Shown here: one piece after another, positions 9,972 through 20,536 of the stretch
How positions within the stretch are numbered: position 1 is the first letter of the stretch
Layout: the number at the start of each line of letters is the position of its first letter
Source: an uncultured candidate division Zixibacteria bacterium
Lineage (GTDB): Bacteria; Zixibacteria; MSB-5A5; UBA10806; 4484-95
Direction of reading: 5' to 3'
Assembly (NCBI GenBank): GCA_963668625.2
Contig: CAXXKA010000008.1
Location: forward strand, 256,001-320,000
DNA length: 64,000 bases
Position numbers and translations under genes: made by a program
Notes under the pieces: generated by a model
What the model saw: only the letters and a program-made list of their open reading frames with translations
Told to the model about the DNA's origin: nothing
The model's database searches: none

Positions 9972-11162
9972 GTGGCTATTAAACTTAATAACGAAACATA
10001 TAAGCTGACCGAAGGCGGTAATCTCGGCAAGATATCGCTGACAATCGGCATAGTCGGGCTGGCGCTTAGTTTGCTGGGTTACTTCATGGATTCCAAGCAG
10101 TTTTTCCATTCCTACTTGACCGCTTTCATGTTCTGGACTTCAATCGGTCTGGGCGGGCTGTTTTTCGTGATGATTCATCACTTGACCTCGGCTACCTGGA
10201 GTATCGTACTGAGACGGCTTTTCGAAAATATCATGTGCGCCCTACCGGTCATGGCAGTACTTGCTCTTCCCATAATAGCGGGGATCGGCGACCTGTATCA
10301 CTGGAGCCATCACGATGCCGTCGCCTCCGATCATTTATTGCAAGACAAGGCTCCTTACCTGAATACTACTTTCTTTATTATAAGGATGGTTGGTTATTTC
10401 TTAATCTGGTTCGTGCTCGCGCGACTATTATATAAAACATCCCTGGAACAAGATACGGGAAGCAACAAGGCTCATATCGCTAAGATGAGAAAGATCAGCG
10501 CGCCGGGCATTATCCTGTTTGCCTTTACCCTGACATTCGCCTCGTTCGATTGGCTCATGTCATTGGATGCTCATTGGTATTCGACGATATTCGGCGCTTA
10601 CGTGTTCGCCGGCGGCGTTGTTTCCATGTTCAGTTTCACCGTTCTTTTCGTGATGTATTTCAAGCGCAATGGTATACTGGGCAAAGAGGTGACAGTCGAG
10701 CATTATCATGATCTGGGAAAATTGATATTCACTTTCGTAGTGTTCTGGGGATACATGGCGTTCTCGCAATATTTCCTGATCTGGTACGGTAATATCCCCG
10801 AGGAGACTGTCTGGTTTTTACATCGCTGGCAAGGCTCTTGGAAGATATTCACCCTGCTGATAGTATTCGGGCATTTCGGTGTGCCGTTTTTCGGGCTGTT
10901 CCCGCAGGACGCCAAGAAAAACAAAATCGTGCTTACTACCATGGCGTTGTGGGTGCTGCTGATGCACTGGGTGGATTTGTACTGGCTGGTCATGCCATCA
11001 CTATATCACGAGGGAGCGCATCTCTCCTGGATGGATTTAACGACGATGCTTGGCGTTGGGGGTGTGTATGTCTGGGTATTCTGGCGCAAAGTAATTTCGC
11101 AACCGCTTCTGCCGGTTAACGATCCGAGGCTGCGAAATTCCATGAATTTCGTTAATCACTGA
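9972..11162 (+). CDS. actF: Alternative complex III subunit F
   Basis: About 10 TM helices, DWLMSLDAHWYSTIFG, HYHDLGK, FSQYFLIWYGNIPEE. Confidence 0.9.
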   Translation: MAIKLNNETYKLTEGGNLGKISLTIGIVGLALSLLGYFMDSKQFFHSYLTAFMFWTSIGLGGLFFVMIHHLTSATWSIVLRRLFENIMCALPVMAVLALPIIAGIGDLYHWSHHDAVASDHLLQDKAPYLNTTFFIIRMVGYFLIWFVLARLLYKTSLEQDTGSNKAHIAKMRKISAPGIILFAFTLTFASFDWLMSLDAHWYSTIFGAYVFAGGVVSMFSFTVLFVMYFKRNGILGKEVTVEHYHDLGKLIFTFVVFWGYMAFSQYFLIWYGNIPEETVWFLHRWQGSWKIFTLLIVFGHFGVPFFGLFPQDAKKNKIVLTTMALWVLLMHWVDLYWLVMPSLYHEGAHLSWMDLTTMLGVGGVYVWVFWRKVISQPLLPVNDPRLRNSMNFVNH

Positions 11163-11177
11163 TTGGATGAGACTGAT

Positions 11178-11525
11178 ATGACCGATAAAATAGAATCGAA
11201 TGAAAACCACGATAGCCGGGCCGGTTACGAGAAGCGGGATATCAACGCCGTTAAAGTGCTGATACTGGGCGCTATCGGCGCGGTCGTGATTATTATACTA
11301 TTGGTGATAATGTATCAATACTTCGCCTCATCATCTCGCAAGATGGTCGAGGATGTGGTATTGAAACCTCAATCGGTGGCAATCCGCGAACTTCGCGCCC
11401 GAGAGACCGAGGAGCTAAACAGCTACAAACTTCTGGATGCCGAAAAGGGAATTTACAGAATCCCCATTGACAGGGCTATGCAGCTTATCGCCGATGAGGC
11501 GTACCAGGAGAGAAAGAGTAACTAA
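11178..11525 (+). CDS. Small single-TM protein in the ACIII cluster (ActG-position)
   Basis: GYEKRD, one TM helix, RIPIDRAM; lies between actF and SCO. Alternative TTG start at 11163. Confidence 0.7.
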   Translation: MTDKIESNENHDSRAGYEKRDINAVKVLILGAIGAVVIIILLVIMYQYFASSSRKMVEDVVLKPQSVAIRELRARETEELNSYKLLDAEKGIYRIPIDRAMQLIADEAYQERKSN

Positions 11526-11548
11526 ACGGGGGGATAATCAGTATCGTC

Positions 11549-12400
11549 ATGAAAAATACAATGAATAATCAGATCAATATAATAGCCATCACATTGGCGT
11601 TACTCACGCTATTGGGCGCCTCCGAATTATCCGCTCAGACGGTCAAGGAGGACCCGGAAGAGCTTCGCGATATCGATGTCAAGGAGCATCTGAATGAATT
11701 TATTCCCCTGGACTTGCAGTTTACCGATGACAGGGGCGAGCAAATCGAGCTGAGTAAATATTTCGGCAACGATAAGCCGGTGATATTGATCCTCGGCTAT
11801 TATTCCTGCCCGATGCTGTGTAACCTGATAATGAACGGTGTCAGCGAGGCCATGAAAGAGTTGGCCTGGCAACCCGGTAAAGAGTTTCAGATTGTCAGTG
11901 TCACGATCGACCCGACGGAAACCCCGGTATTGGCTGCGGCCAAGAAAGCTAATTATATAAAAGAAATCGGTAAGCCGGGAATCGAAAACGGCTGGGATTT
12001 CCTGACCGGCCCGGAGGCAAACTCGCGGACGTTGGCGGATGCCGTCGGATTCGAATATTATTATGATGAGAAACAGGAGATGTACGCGCACCCGGCCGTA
12101 CTCGTAATACTGACGCCGGAGGGCAAGATATCTCGTTACCTGTATGGCATAGAATATCCCGAACGTGATTTACGTTTCGCGTTGTTGGAAGCCTCCGAGG
12201 GTAAAGTCGGTAACACGTTGGATAAGATCGTGCTGTATTGTTATCACTACGATCCCGACGCCGGAAGTTATGTGGTGTTCGCCGGTAATGTCATGCGCCT
12301 GGGCGGATTTATCACATTGATACTTTTCGGGGTATTTTTGATGGGGCTGTGGCTGAAAGAACGTCGCAAGAAAGGCGCGACCTCGGTAGCAGCGTCATGA
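11549..12400 (+). CDS. SCO family copper chaperone with C-terminal TM anchor
   Basis: CPMLC (CxxxC), YAHPA His, ISRYLYG, CYHYDP. Confidence 0.9.
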   Translation: MKNTMNNQINIIAITLALLTLLGASELSAQTVKEDPEELRDIDVKEHLNEFIPLDLQFTDDRGEQIELSKYFGNDKPVILILGYYSCPMLCNLIMNGVSEAMKELAWQPGKEFQIVSVTIDPTETPVLAAAKKANYIKEIGKPGIENGWDFLTGPEANSRTLADAVGFEYYYDEKQEMYAHPAVLVILTPEGKISRYLYGIEYPERDLRFALLEASEGKVGNTLDKIVLYCYHYDPDAGSYVVFAGNVMRLGGFITLILFGVFLMGLWLKERRKKGATSVAAS

Positions 12401-12436
12401 TCATGTTATTAATACTAAAGCGAAGATAATTAGTGA

Positions 12437-12462
12437 GGTGATGGGAAGCCTTTCCCGCCACC
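12437..12462. repeat. Intergenic palindrome related to the MITE core
   Basis: GGTGATGGGAA-GCCT-TTCCCGCCACC resembles GTGGCAGGAA..TTCCTGCCAC. Confidence 0.4.
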
Positions 12463-12521
12463 GTATCTAATTTGTAGAGATTGATTCAATGTAAAACGAT
12501 CGAAAACGAATGTAAGTGAGA

Positions 12522-13469
12522 ATGGATACTACCGGAACATTATTCATGCCTCCGGGCGGCTCTACTATAGCCGGCGAGGTTGACGCGTTATTCTATTTCA
12601 TGGTTTACGCCTCGATAGCGTTATTCGCGATCGTGGTGTTCGGTATGATATTTTTCAGCCTGAGATACCGCCATAAAAGCCAGGAACAGGATTCTACCAC
12701 ACCGGGGATAACGCATAACACCAAACTGGAATTACTCTGGTCCGTCATACCGACCATAATGGTTATCATCGTGTTCTTCTGGGGGTTCAATGTCTACCTG
12801 AAAATGAACGTAGTCCCTAAAGATGCTATAGAGATAAAAGTAACGGGTCAGAAATGGTTCTGGACATTCGATTATCCCGAGGGTATCAACATGGTTAACG
12901 AGCTTGTGGTACCGGTGGGCAAACCGATTAAGCTGCTCATGTCCTCCAGGGATGTTATACATAGTTTTTTCGTACCTGATTTCAGAATCAAGATGGACGT
13001 GTTACCCAATCGCTATACTATCACCTGGTTCGAGGCCACCGGAATCGGCGAGCATAACCTGTTCTGCGCGGAATTCTGCGGCGACAGCCATTCGGATATG
13101 ATAGGCAAGGTCAAGGTGGTCTCCGAGCGAGAATACGATGCCTGGCTTGAAACCGGCGCCGGTGGCGGCGAGGATATGCCCGCCGATAAGCTCGGAGAGA
13201 AACTCTTTCGAACGAGAGCGTGTTATACCTGTCATAGCGTCGAGGGTAAGGCCGCGGTCGGGCCTCACCTGAATGGTGTGTTCGGTAAATCGGTGCGATT
13301 GAAAGACGGCAAAACCGTAACCGTGGATGAGAACTACATTCGCGAATCGGTGCTCGAGCCGCAGGCATCCATCGTGGATGGTTTCCAGCCGGTGATGCCG
13401 ACATACCAGGGTATCTTGAATGACCGTCAAATCGATGCCTTGATTGCATACATAAAATCTTTAAAGTAG
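12522..13469 (+). CDS. coxB: Cytochrome c oxidase subunit II with fused cytochrome c (caa3 type)
   Basis: Two TM helices, DVIHSF, CuA motif CAEFCGDSHSDM, C-terminal CYTCH...MP. Alternative GTG start at 12516. Confidence 0.95.
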   Translation: MDTTGTLFMPPGGSTIAGEVDALFYFMVYASIALFAIVVFGMIFFSLRYRHKSQEQDSTTPGITHNTKLELLWSVIPTIMVIIVFFWGFNVYLKMNVVPKDAIEIKVTGQKWFWTFDYPEGINMVNELVVPVGKPIKLLMSSRDVIHSFFVPDFRIKMDVLPNRYTITWFEATGIGEHNLFCAEFCGDSHSDMIGKVKVVSEREYDAWLETGAGGGEDMPADKLGEKLFRTRACYTCHSVEGKAAVGPHLNGVFGKSVRLKDGKTVTVDENYIRESVLEPQASIVDGFQPVMPTYQGILNDRQIDALIAYIKSLK

Positions 13470-13483
13470 GTTGGTGATCAAAA

Positions 13484-15097
13484 ATGAATACCATCCCGGA
13501 AACGAATTATTTAAACGCCGATAAAGGTATCAGGTCGTGGATATTTTCCCTCGATCACAAACGTATCGGGGTATTGTACCTGTTCAGTATCATGGCGGCG
13601 TTCTTTATCGGTGGTATGTTCGCCCTGATGATCAGGCTGGAGCTACTAGGCCCCGGCAAGGATTTCATCGAGGCTAAAACATACAACCAGGTATTCACTC
13701 TTCACGGGGCAGTGATGATATTCCTGTTTATCATCCCCTCGATTCCCGCGGCGCTGGGTAATTTCCTTTTGCCGCAGATGATCGGTGCCAAAGATGTGGC
13801 GTTTCCTAAACTAAACCTGGCCAGTTGGTGGATATACATTTTCGGATCGGTGTTCGCGGTTTACTCGATCGCTTCGGGCTCCGTCGATACCGGTTGGACA
13901 TTTTACACGCCGTACAGTACGGAAACAACGAGCTCGGTGGTCTCGATGACGCTGGGGGTGTTTATCCTCGGTTTCTCCTCGATATTTACCGGGCTGAATT
14001 TCATAGTCACGATTCATAAGATGAGAACGCCGGGACAGACCTGGTTTCAGCTCCCGTTATTCGTGTGGGGCCTGTATGCCACCGCTATCATTCAGGTGCT
14101 GGCAACGCCGGTTCTGGGTATCACGCTGCTGCTTCTTATACTCGAACGAGTCGTAGGAATCGGCATATTCGATCCGGCCATGGGTGGCGATCCGGTGCTG
14201 TATCAGCATTTCTTCTGGTTCTATTCCCATCCGGCGGTGTATATAATGATACTTCCGGGCATGGGTATTATCAGCGAATTGATTTCGACTTTTTCAAAAA
14301 AGAAAATATTCGGCTATAAGGCAATTGCCTATTCCAGCCTGGCCATCGCATTCATAAGTTTCCTGGTCTGGGGGCATCACATGTTCGTCAGCGGTCAATC
14401 GCAACTGGCGGCGATGATATTCTCGTTCCTGACATTCCTCGTCGGCATACCCTCGGGTATAAAGGTGTTCAACTGGCTGGCAACTCTTTATAAAGGCCAT
14501 ATCACTTTTGAAACCCCGATGCTGTACGCCCTGTCGTTTTTATTCCTGTTTACCATCGGCGGGCTTACCGGCATATTCCTGGGCGCGCTGGCCACGGATG
14601 TTCATCTACACGACACTTATTTCGTAGTGGCTCATTTTCATTACGTGATGGTAGGCGGTACGGTGATGGCTTTCCTGGGCGGAATACATTACTGGTGGCC
14701 GAAAATCTGGGGCCGGATGTATAACGAGACATTGGCGAAAATCGCAGCGGCCTTCGTATTCGTAGGTTTTAACATGACATTTTTTACGCAATTTATTCTA
14801 GGCTCTAAAGGCATGCCGCGTCGCTATTACAACTACCTGGATCAATTCCAGCCGTTGCATGGTTTCAGCTCAATTGGCTCGATGGTAATGGCCGTTGGTT
14901 TCTTCCTTATGGCTTTCTATTTGATTCACGCTATTTTCAAAGGCAAGGTCGCGGGAAACAATCCCTGGGGAGCGTTAACCATGGAGTGGGAAACCACCTC
15001 ACCTCCGCCGAAAGAGAATTTCTTGCAAACCCCGACTTTCAAACACGGGCCATACGATTACGATAAGATAGTACCCGAAAGGACATTCAAACGGTGA
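13484..15097 (+). CDS. coxA: Heme-copper oxidase subunit I, A2 type
   Basis: [20 protein letters not shown] (YS motif marks A2), [23 protein letters not shown]. Confidence 0.97.
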   Translation: MNTIPETNYLNADKGIRSWIFSLDHKRIGVLYLFSIMAAFFIGGMFALMIRLELLGPGKDFIEAKTYNQVFTLHGAVMIFLFIIPSIPAALGNFLLPQMIGAKDVAFPKLNLASWWIYIFGSVFAVYSIASGSVDTGWTFYTPYSTETTSSVVSMTLGVFILGFSSIFTGLNFIVTIHKMRTPGQTWFQLPLFVWGLYATAIIQVLATPVLGITLLLLILERVVGIGIFDPAMGGDPVLYQHFFWFYSHPAVYIMILPGMGIISELISTFSKKKIFGYKAIAYSSLAIAFISFLVWGHHMFVSGQSQLAAMIFSFLTFLVGIPSGIKVFNWLATLYKGHITFETPMLYALSFLFLFTIGGLTGIFLGALATDVHLHDTYFVVAHFHYVMVGGTVMAFLGGIHYWWPKIWGRMYNETLAKIAAAFVFVGFNMTFFTQFILGSKGMPRRYYNYLDQFQPLHGFSSIGSMVMAVGFFLMAFYLIHAIFKGKVAGNNPWGALTMEWETTSPPPKENFLQTPTFKHGPYDYDKIVPERTFKR

Positions 15098-15747
15098 CAG
15101 ACGATCACGCCGTAAATCATCCCAGGAATCTGGCTCATCACTTTAGCGAGCCCCAGCAGCAGCGCGAATCCGCCAAGCTGGGAATGTGGATATTCCTGCT
15201 TACGGAGATTCTTCTGTTCGGCGGCCTGTTCGTGGCTTATTCGATTTATCGTGTCTGGCAGCCGGATATGTTCGTGAACGCGCATAAGTTTCTTAATGTG
15301 TACATGGGTACGCTGAACACAATAGTACTTATTTCAAGCTCGGTAACCATGGCCCTGGCTATCAGGTATATCCAGCTTGATGATCGTAAAAAAGCGATAA
15401 TGTTTCTCGTTAGTACGCTGGTACTGGCGGGCGTGTTTTTAGTAGTGAAATATTTCGAATACAGTCACAAGTTTCATCTCGGACAGCTTCCCGGTAAATA
15501 TTACACTTTCTCGGGTGTCAAAGGCGACAACCCGCACATATTTTTCAGCATTTATTTCATGATGACCGGGCTTCACGGTATACACGTACTGGCGGGTATG
15601 GGGACGATCATCTGGATTTTAAAAAGGACGATACGCGGTGATTTCTCCCCGGAATATTTTACGCCAATGGAGTTGACCGGGTTGTACTGGCATTTAGTGG
15701 ATTTGATCTGGATATACCTGTTTCCGTTACTTTACCTGATAGGTTGA
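15094..15747 (+). CDS. coxC: Cytochrome c oxidase subunit III
   Basis: [37 protein letters not shown]. Confidence 0.95.
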   Translation: MTDDHAVNHPRNLAHHFSEPQQQRESAKLGMWIFLLTEILLFGGLFVAYSIYRVWQPDMFVNAHKFLNVYMGTLNTIVLISSSVTMALAIRYIQLDDRKKAIMFLVSTLVLAGVFLVVKYFEYSHKFHLGQLPGKYYTFSGVKGDNPHIFFSIYFMMTGLHGIHVLAGMGTIIWILKRTIRGDFSPEYFTPMELTGLYWHLVDLIWIYLFPLLYLIG

Positions 15748-15748
15748 T

Positions 15749-16168
15749 ATGACGGCGAATCATGTATCTAAAATAGAAGCTCACGTAATACCGCTTAAGA
15801 CTTACCTGACGGTGGGTTTTGCGCTGATAGTGTTGACCGCTATCACGGTGGGAGTATCGTTTATCGACCTGGGCGGTTGGAATGCTATCGTAGCGGTTGT
15901 TATCGCCTCGGTCAAGGCGACGCTGGTGGCGTTCATATTCATGCATCTCTGGTATGATAAGAAAATATTCCTGATAATATTCTTAGTAGCTATGACATTT
16001 TTAACTATCTTCATCGGCTTAACGATGTTCGATACGGTCGATCGCGGCCGTATACATTTCGAATCGGAGAGGCCGATCGAGCATAATGCGAAAATGTATA
16101 ACGACATGTCACCCGATTCTAGCATCGAAAGCCCCGACTCGTTGACGCATGAGTCGGAACATCATTAG
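15749..16168 (+). CDS. Cytochrome c oxidase subunit IV family
   Basis: Three TM helices, KATLVAFIFMHL. Confidence 0.88.
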   Translation: MTANHVSKIEAHVIPLKTYLTVGFALIVLTAITVGVSFIDLGGWNAIVAVVIASVKATLVAFIFMHLWYDKKIFLIIFLVAMTFLTIFIGLTMFDTVDRGRIHFESERPIEHNAKMYNDMSPDSSIESPDSLTHESEHH

Positions 16169-16246
16169 AACAACTAATAGCGTTGAAAATTGAATAGATC
16201 TGTAGTAAATACGAGTAGCACGGTTTAACAAGGGATGGTGTAGGAT

Positions 16247-17176
16247 ATGAAACCGTTTAGATTATTCGCTATTTTCGCTACGCTGGCGACATACTTCCTG
16301 ATATTCGTCGGCGGACTGGTTCGGGTTTCCGGGGCCGGTTTGGGATGCCCCGACTGGCCGAGGTGTTTCGGTAGGTGGATACCGCCTTTAAGCGTAAGTC
16401 AACTGCCGGCCGATATCGATCCTAACCTGTTTAATTTCACTTTAGCCTGGATAGAATATATAAACCGGCTCATTGGAGTTGCTGTCGGTATCCTGATCGC
16501 CATAGTCGCGATCTGGGCGCTAATCAAATTTTTCAGGATGCCGAAAATCGTCATTCCCTCGGTAGTCGCCGGCTTGCTGGTTGCTTTCCAGGGATGGCAC
16601 GGCAGCCGCGTTATCGCCACCGAACTCGAGCCGCTCGTCGTATCCGTGCATATGGTTATCGCGCTGGTGATCGTCAGCTTAATGATTTACGTATCGCAGC
16701 AGGTTTACTATCTGGAACGAACCGATTCCGAGAAGCAATCGAAATATCCGGCACGAATGAAAACGTGGATGGGTATACTATGGGTGCTGGCAATAATTCA
16801 GGTGATAATGGGCACGCAATTCAGGGAGGCATTAGAGATATTGACCGAGCGGTTCCCGCTGCTGTCGGGATCCTCATTGTTGGCGCAGGCCGGCGCGATC
16901 AAACTCCTTCACCCTGTAGTCGGGATCGTGTTTGCCGTTCTTACTTTGTACGTAGCTTATTCGATATTGAATAGAAGCGTGAAACCCTCCTCGTTGAACT
17001 GGCAAAGCGCCTGGACTATGTCGGGGCTGGTGATAATTCAGCTCGTTCTGGGGGGAGTCATGCTGTCTCTGGGAGTCTCTCCGGTTTTTCAGGTGATCCA
17101 TTTATGGGTAGCCGGCCTGACCGTGGGAATTATCCTGATATCATTCACGGCTCTGGGCAGAAATCAGGAGGCTTGA
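16247..17176 (+). CDS. ctaA: Heme A synthase (COX15/CtaA family)
   Basis: GAGLGCPDWPRC, WIEYINRL, VSVHM, LLHP, VIHLW; eight TM helices. Confidence 0.88.
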   Translation: MKPFRLFAIFATLATYFLIFVGGLVRVSGAGLGCPDWPRCFGRWIPPLSVSQLPADIDPNLFNFTLAWIEYINRLIGVAVGILIAIVAIWALIKFFRMPKIVIPSVVAGLLVAFQGWHGSRVIATELEPLVVSVHMVIALVIVSLMIYVSQQVYYLERTDSEKQSKYPARMKTWMGILWVLAIIQVIMGTQFREALEILTERFPLLSGSSLLAQAGAIKLLHPVVGIVFAVLTLYVAYSILNRSVKPSSLNWQSAWTMSGLVIIQLVLGGVMLSLGVSPVFQVIHLWVAGLTVGIILISFTALGRNQEA

Positions 17177-17785
17177 ATGGAAGCCGAAAAATCATATCCC
17201 AAAATGCTTATCTGGGCTGTTGCCGCTATGCTATTGCTGGGGTTGACAGCTACCCTGGTTGTCAACGCCGCCAACCGGGCGCGCTCGAGGATACCCGTCT
17301 GGGGTGAGCTATCGGAGTTCGAGTTTATCGATGCTTATACCGGTAAGCCCTGGGGATTACAACAGATGCAGGGTAAGCTTAGCGTGGTCGATTTCATTTT
17401 CACCAACTGCGAAAGTGTTTGCCCGGTGATGGCTATCAATATGACCGACCTGTACGATCTGTACGCGCATTCCGATAAAGTGCAGTTCGTCTCGATCTCC
17501 GTCGACCCGGTGCGTGATTCATTGGCGGTCTTAAGGAATTACGCCGATGGCTTAGGGGTCAATGATGGTCGCTGGATATTCTTGAACGCCCCGTTAGAGC
17601 AGGTAACCGAGCTATGCGAAAAACAGTTCATGCTGCCTGCCGAATCGCTGCCCATGGGTCATACCACCAAGTTCATACTGGTAGATCAATTCGGTCGCAT
17701 ACGAAGCTACCATGAGGGTATAAACAGCGAAAGTATGACCGGACTGAAAAATAATATCAGGCAATTGGCGGGAGAATTGGAATGA
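17177..17785 (+). CDS. SCO family protein
   Basis: DFIFTNCESVCP, SISVDPVRD, GHTTKFILVD. Confidence 0.9.
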   Translation: MEAEKSYPKMLIWAVAAMLLLGLTATLVVNAANRARSRIPVWGELSEFEFIDAYTGKPWGLQQMQGKLSVVDFIFTNCESVCPVMAINMTDLYDLYAHSDKVQFVSISVDPVRDSLAVLRNYADGLGVNDGRWIFLNAPLEQVTELCEKQFMLPAESLPMGHTTKFILVDQFGRIRSYHEGINSESMTGLKNNIRQLAGELE

Positions 17786-18195
17786 ACATAAGCGATCTGC
17801 CGACACTGAACGCCATACTCAATTTCATAAGCGCGGTACTGCTTGGTATCGGTTACACGTTTATCAAAAGGAACGATCCTGTCAGGCATAAGAAAATTAT
17901 GATATCGGCCCTGGTCTCATCCGCGTTATTTTTGATATCATACCTGATTTACCATCGGGCGGTGGGTTCGGTGCCGTATCCCTATCATGACTGGACGCGG
18001 CCCGTGTATTTTATCATACTGATTCCGCATGTAATTTTAGCCGGTTTGATGGTACCTTTTATACTTGCCGCAGTCTGGTTCGCCTTTAAACAGCGATTCA
18101 ATAAGCATATAAAGCTGGTCAAATGGGTGTGGCCGGTGTGGATGTTCGTTTCGGTGAGCGGCATCGTTATCTATCTAATGTTGTATCTTTTATAG
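17782..18195 (+). CDS. DUF420 membrane protein
   Basis: LPTLNAILN, HKKIM, LFLISYLIYH, WMFVSVSG; typical of oxidase clusters. Confidence 0.88.
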   Translation: MNISDLPTLNAILNFISAVLLGIGYTFIKRNDPVRHKKIMISALVSSALFLISYLIYHRAVGSVPYPYHDWTRPVYFIILIPHVILAGLMVPFILAAVWFAFKQRFNKHIKLVKWVWPVWMFVSVSGIVIYLMLYLL

Positions 18196-18364
18196 ATTTA
18201 GCATAAGCTGTAAGACTTTTTATTTTTCGCTTTGAAATCGCGTTATAATAATTATGCAATTAGTACTTGATAAGTGTTCATTTAGTTGTATTTTAAATCA
18301 GAGACAAACTTCCTCGATTATCGTGAAAAGATTTGAAATGTTTTAAAATTCAAGGGATAGTAAG

Positions 18365-20491
18365 ATGGCTTTTATCAGGCATTCATTTTTTACGTTATTG
18401 ATAATATTGCTGACCATTAATCAGTCGTTAGCCGAAACTCCCGAGGAAGCTTTCGTTTTCGTATCGCCCCTGCCTGGTTCAGATTTACATCTCAGGGAAA
18501 CTACTCTAATTTTCAGGACCGGCCTATATTTTACCAGCGACGATTATTCTCATCTGGAGGAGGTTTCAATAGTTGGAGATTATTATGGTGATTATGATTT
18601 TAATGTTATCCCTTCAGATGACGATTTCACCGTAATTCTCGATCCGGTCAGGATTTTCCGTCTCAGCGAAACCATAACGGTTACATTCGACAGCGTGCGT
18701 GTTGGGACCATGATCGTTGATGGCTCATATAGTTTTACTATTTCCTCGGATTATGCGCGCGAGGTTAGCGAGGGTATGAAATTGCTTCTGAAAGACGAAG
18801 TTTATGGCGAGCAGAAATCGAACCATGATATCCCATTAGAATCAGATCTGATATTGGACAGGGATAGTTCGTTGCCTTCCGATTTACCATTGATGGCCTT
18901 GTTAGAAAATGACAATCCCGATTCCGGCTACGTGTTTTTAGCCAATCAAGGGAGAGATATCATAACGCCATACTTATTAATATTGGACAACGATGCTAAC
19001 CCGGTTTTCTATAAAAAGCTTTCTACCTATGCCTGGGATTTCAAGAAACAATCCAATGGGTTATTAACCTACATTCTGGATGCTACCCCGTATTTCTATA
19101 TCATGGATTCGACTTATTCTATCATAGATTCGGTTCGGGCGATGAACGGCTATTTTACCGATGAGCATGATTTTCAGATTTTGGATAGCGGACATTACCT
19201 CATCGCGGCATACGATATACAGAGAGTCGAGGATCCGGGTAGCCCTACTGCGATTGAGGTTGAAATCGCCGGTTACGTGATTCAGGAATTGGACAGCAAT
19301 AAAAACGTTGTATTTCAATGGCGAAGCTGGGACTATCTCGATATGGGGCACTCGAGTTTAACCACCGATGATAGTCGATATAACGATCCGGTGCATGGTA
19401 ATACGCTCGAGCTTGATAGCGACGGTAATCTTCTTACCTGTTTCCGTAACATGGAGCAGTTCGCGAAAATCGATATGGTAACCGGGGAATTCATTTGGAG
19501 ATTAGGCGGCGGTAACAGTGATTTCGAGGTAATCGGCTATCCGCAGGGCTGGTCACGCCCTCATGATATCAGGCGATTGGACAACGGACATATTACCATT
19601 TACGATAACGCCCGCCTGCAACCGTCCCAATACAGTAACTCAGGTCCTGTCGAATTCGAGTTGGATACGCTGGCAATGACCTGTACGGCCACCTGGGCTT
19701 ATAAAAAATCTGAGCGTGTATACGGCCCGTTTATGGGTAACACGCAGCGTCTCCCCAACGGTAACACGATGATAGGCTGGGGAGGGCGAGCTCGATTGAC
19801 GGCCACCGAGTGTCGCGTTGACAGCAGTGTCGCCTGGGAATTGACTTTCTCTTTATGGGATGACCATCGCGTTTTCTCGTACAGGTCATTCCGATTTCCC
19901 TGGCATGGAATTGCCGCCAGGCCGGAATTGACAGCCGAAGTAACCGACAGCTCCGTTCATCTGATATTCTATAAATTCGGCGATACGAATGTTGCTTACT
20001 ATAAAATTTATCTCGACTACCAACAAGGGCCGACGGTATTTTACGATTCATGCTTTGCCAATTTCACAGATATCACCAGGATTCCCGGAGGAAAAGCATA
20101 CATAAGAGTGACTGCTGTTGATAACTCAGGAATCGAGAGTGATTACTCCAATGAGGAATCAGTGCTGGTGGATTTCGTCAATACATATTTGCCCGGTGAT
20201 GTCAATATGCACGCTGGACTCTGGCCGCCATCAGTAAATGGTAGTGATGTCACATACCTGGTAAACTATTTCCGTGGCTTGCCATTATCAGTACCATGCC
20301 TTTACGGGGATTTCTTTTGCTCGGCTGACGCCAACGGCGACTGCGAGGTTATCGGTGCTGATGTCACCTATATGGTTAACTATTTCCTGGGACGCAACGC
20401 TTTGAGATTTTGCCCTGATTACCCGCCGGTATGGGAAACGCAGGATGAGGTACCGGCACAGGAGTATATTGGCTGGCCGCCCTGCGAATAA
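18365..20491 (+). CDS. Secreted aryl-sulfate sulfotransferase (ASST)-like protein with C-terminal dockerin-like domain
   Basis: Signal peptide; DEHDF, VHGNT, RPHD, QRLPNGNTMIGWG, SYRSFRFPW; tail GDVNM..DVTYLVNYF / ADANGDC..DVTYMVNYF. Confidence 0.8.
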   Translation: MAFIRHSFFTLLIILLTINQSLAETPEEAFVFVSPLPGSDLHLRETTLIFRTGLYFTSDDYSHLEEVSIVGDYYGDYDFNVIPSDDDFTVILDPVRIFRLSETITVTFDSVRVGTMIVDGSYSFTISSDYAREVSEGMKLLLKDEVYGEQKSNHDIPLESDLILDRDSSLPSDLPLMALLENDNPDSGYVFLANQGRDIITPYLLILDNDANPVFYKKLSTYAWDFKKQSNGLLTYILDATPYFYIMDSTYSIIDSVRAMNGYFTDEHDFQILDSGHYLIAAYDIQRVEDPGSPTAIEVEIAGYVIQELDSNKNVVFQWRSWDYLDMGHSSLTTDDSRYNDPVHGNTLELDSDGNLLTCFRNMEQFAKIDMVTGEFIWRLGGGNSDFEVIGYPQGWSRPHDIRRLDNGHITIYDNARLQPSQYSNSGPVEFELDTLAMTCTATWAYKKSERVYGPFMGNTQRLPNGNTMIGWGGRARLTATECRVDSSVAWELTFSLWDDHRVFSYRSFRFPWHGIAARPELTAEVTDSSVHLIFYKFGDTNVAYYKIYLDYQQGPTVFYDSCFANFTDITRIPGGKAYIRVTAVDNSGIESDYSNEESVLVDFVNTYLPGDVNMHAGLWPPSVNGSDVTYLVNYFRGLPLSVPCLYGDFFCSADANGDCEVIGADVTYMVNYFLGRNALRFCPDYPPVWETQDEVPAQEYIGWPPCE

Positions 20492-20536
20492 TGAGATTCC
20501 ATTTTCAATTTCGAGAATAGTATATTATATTCAAAC

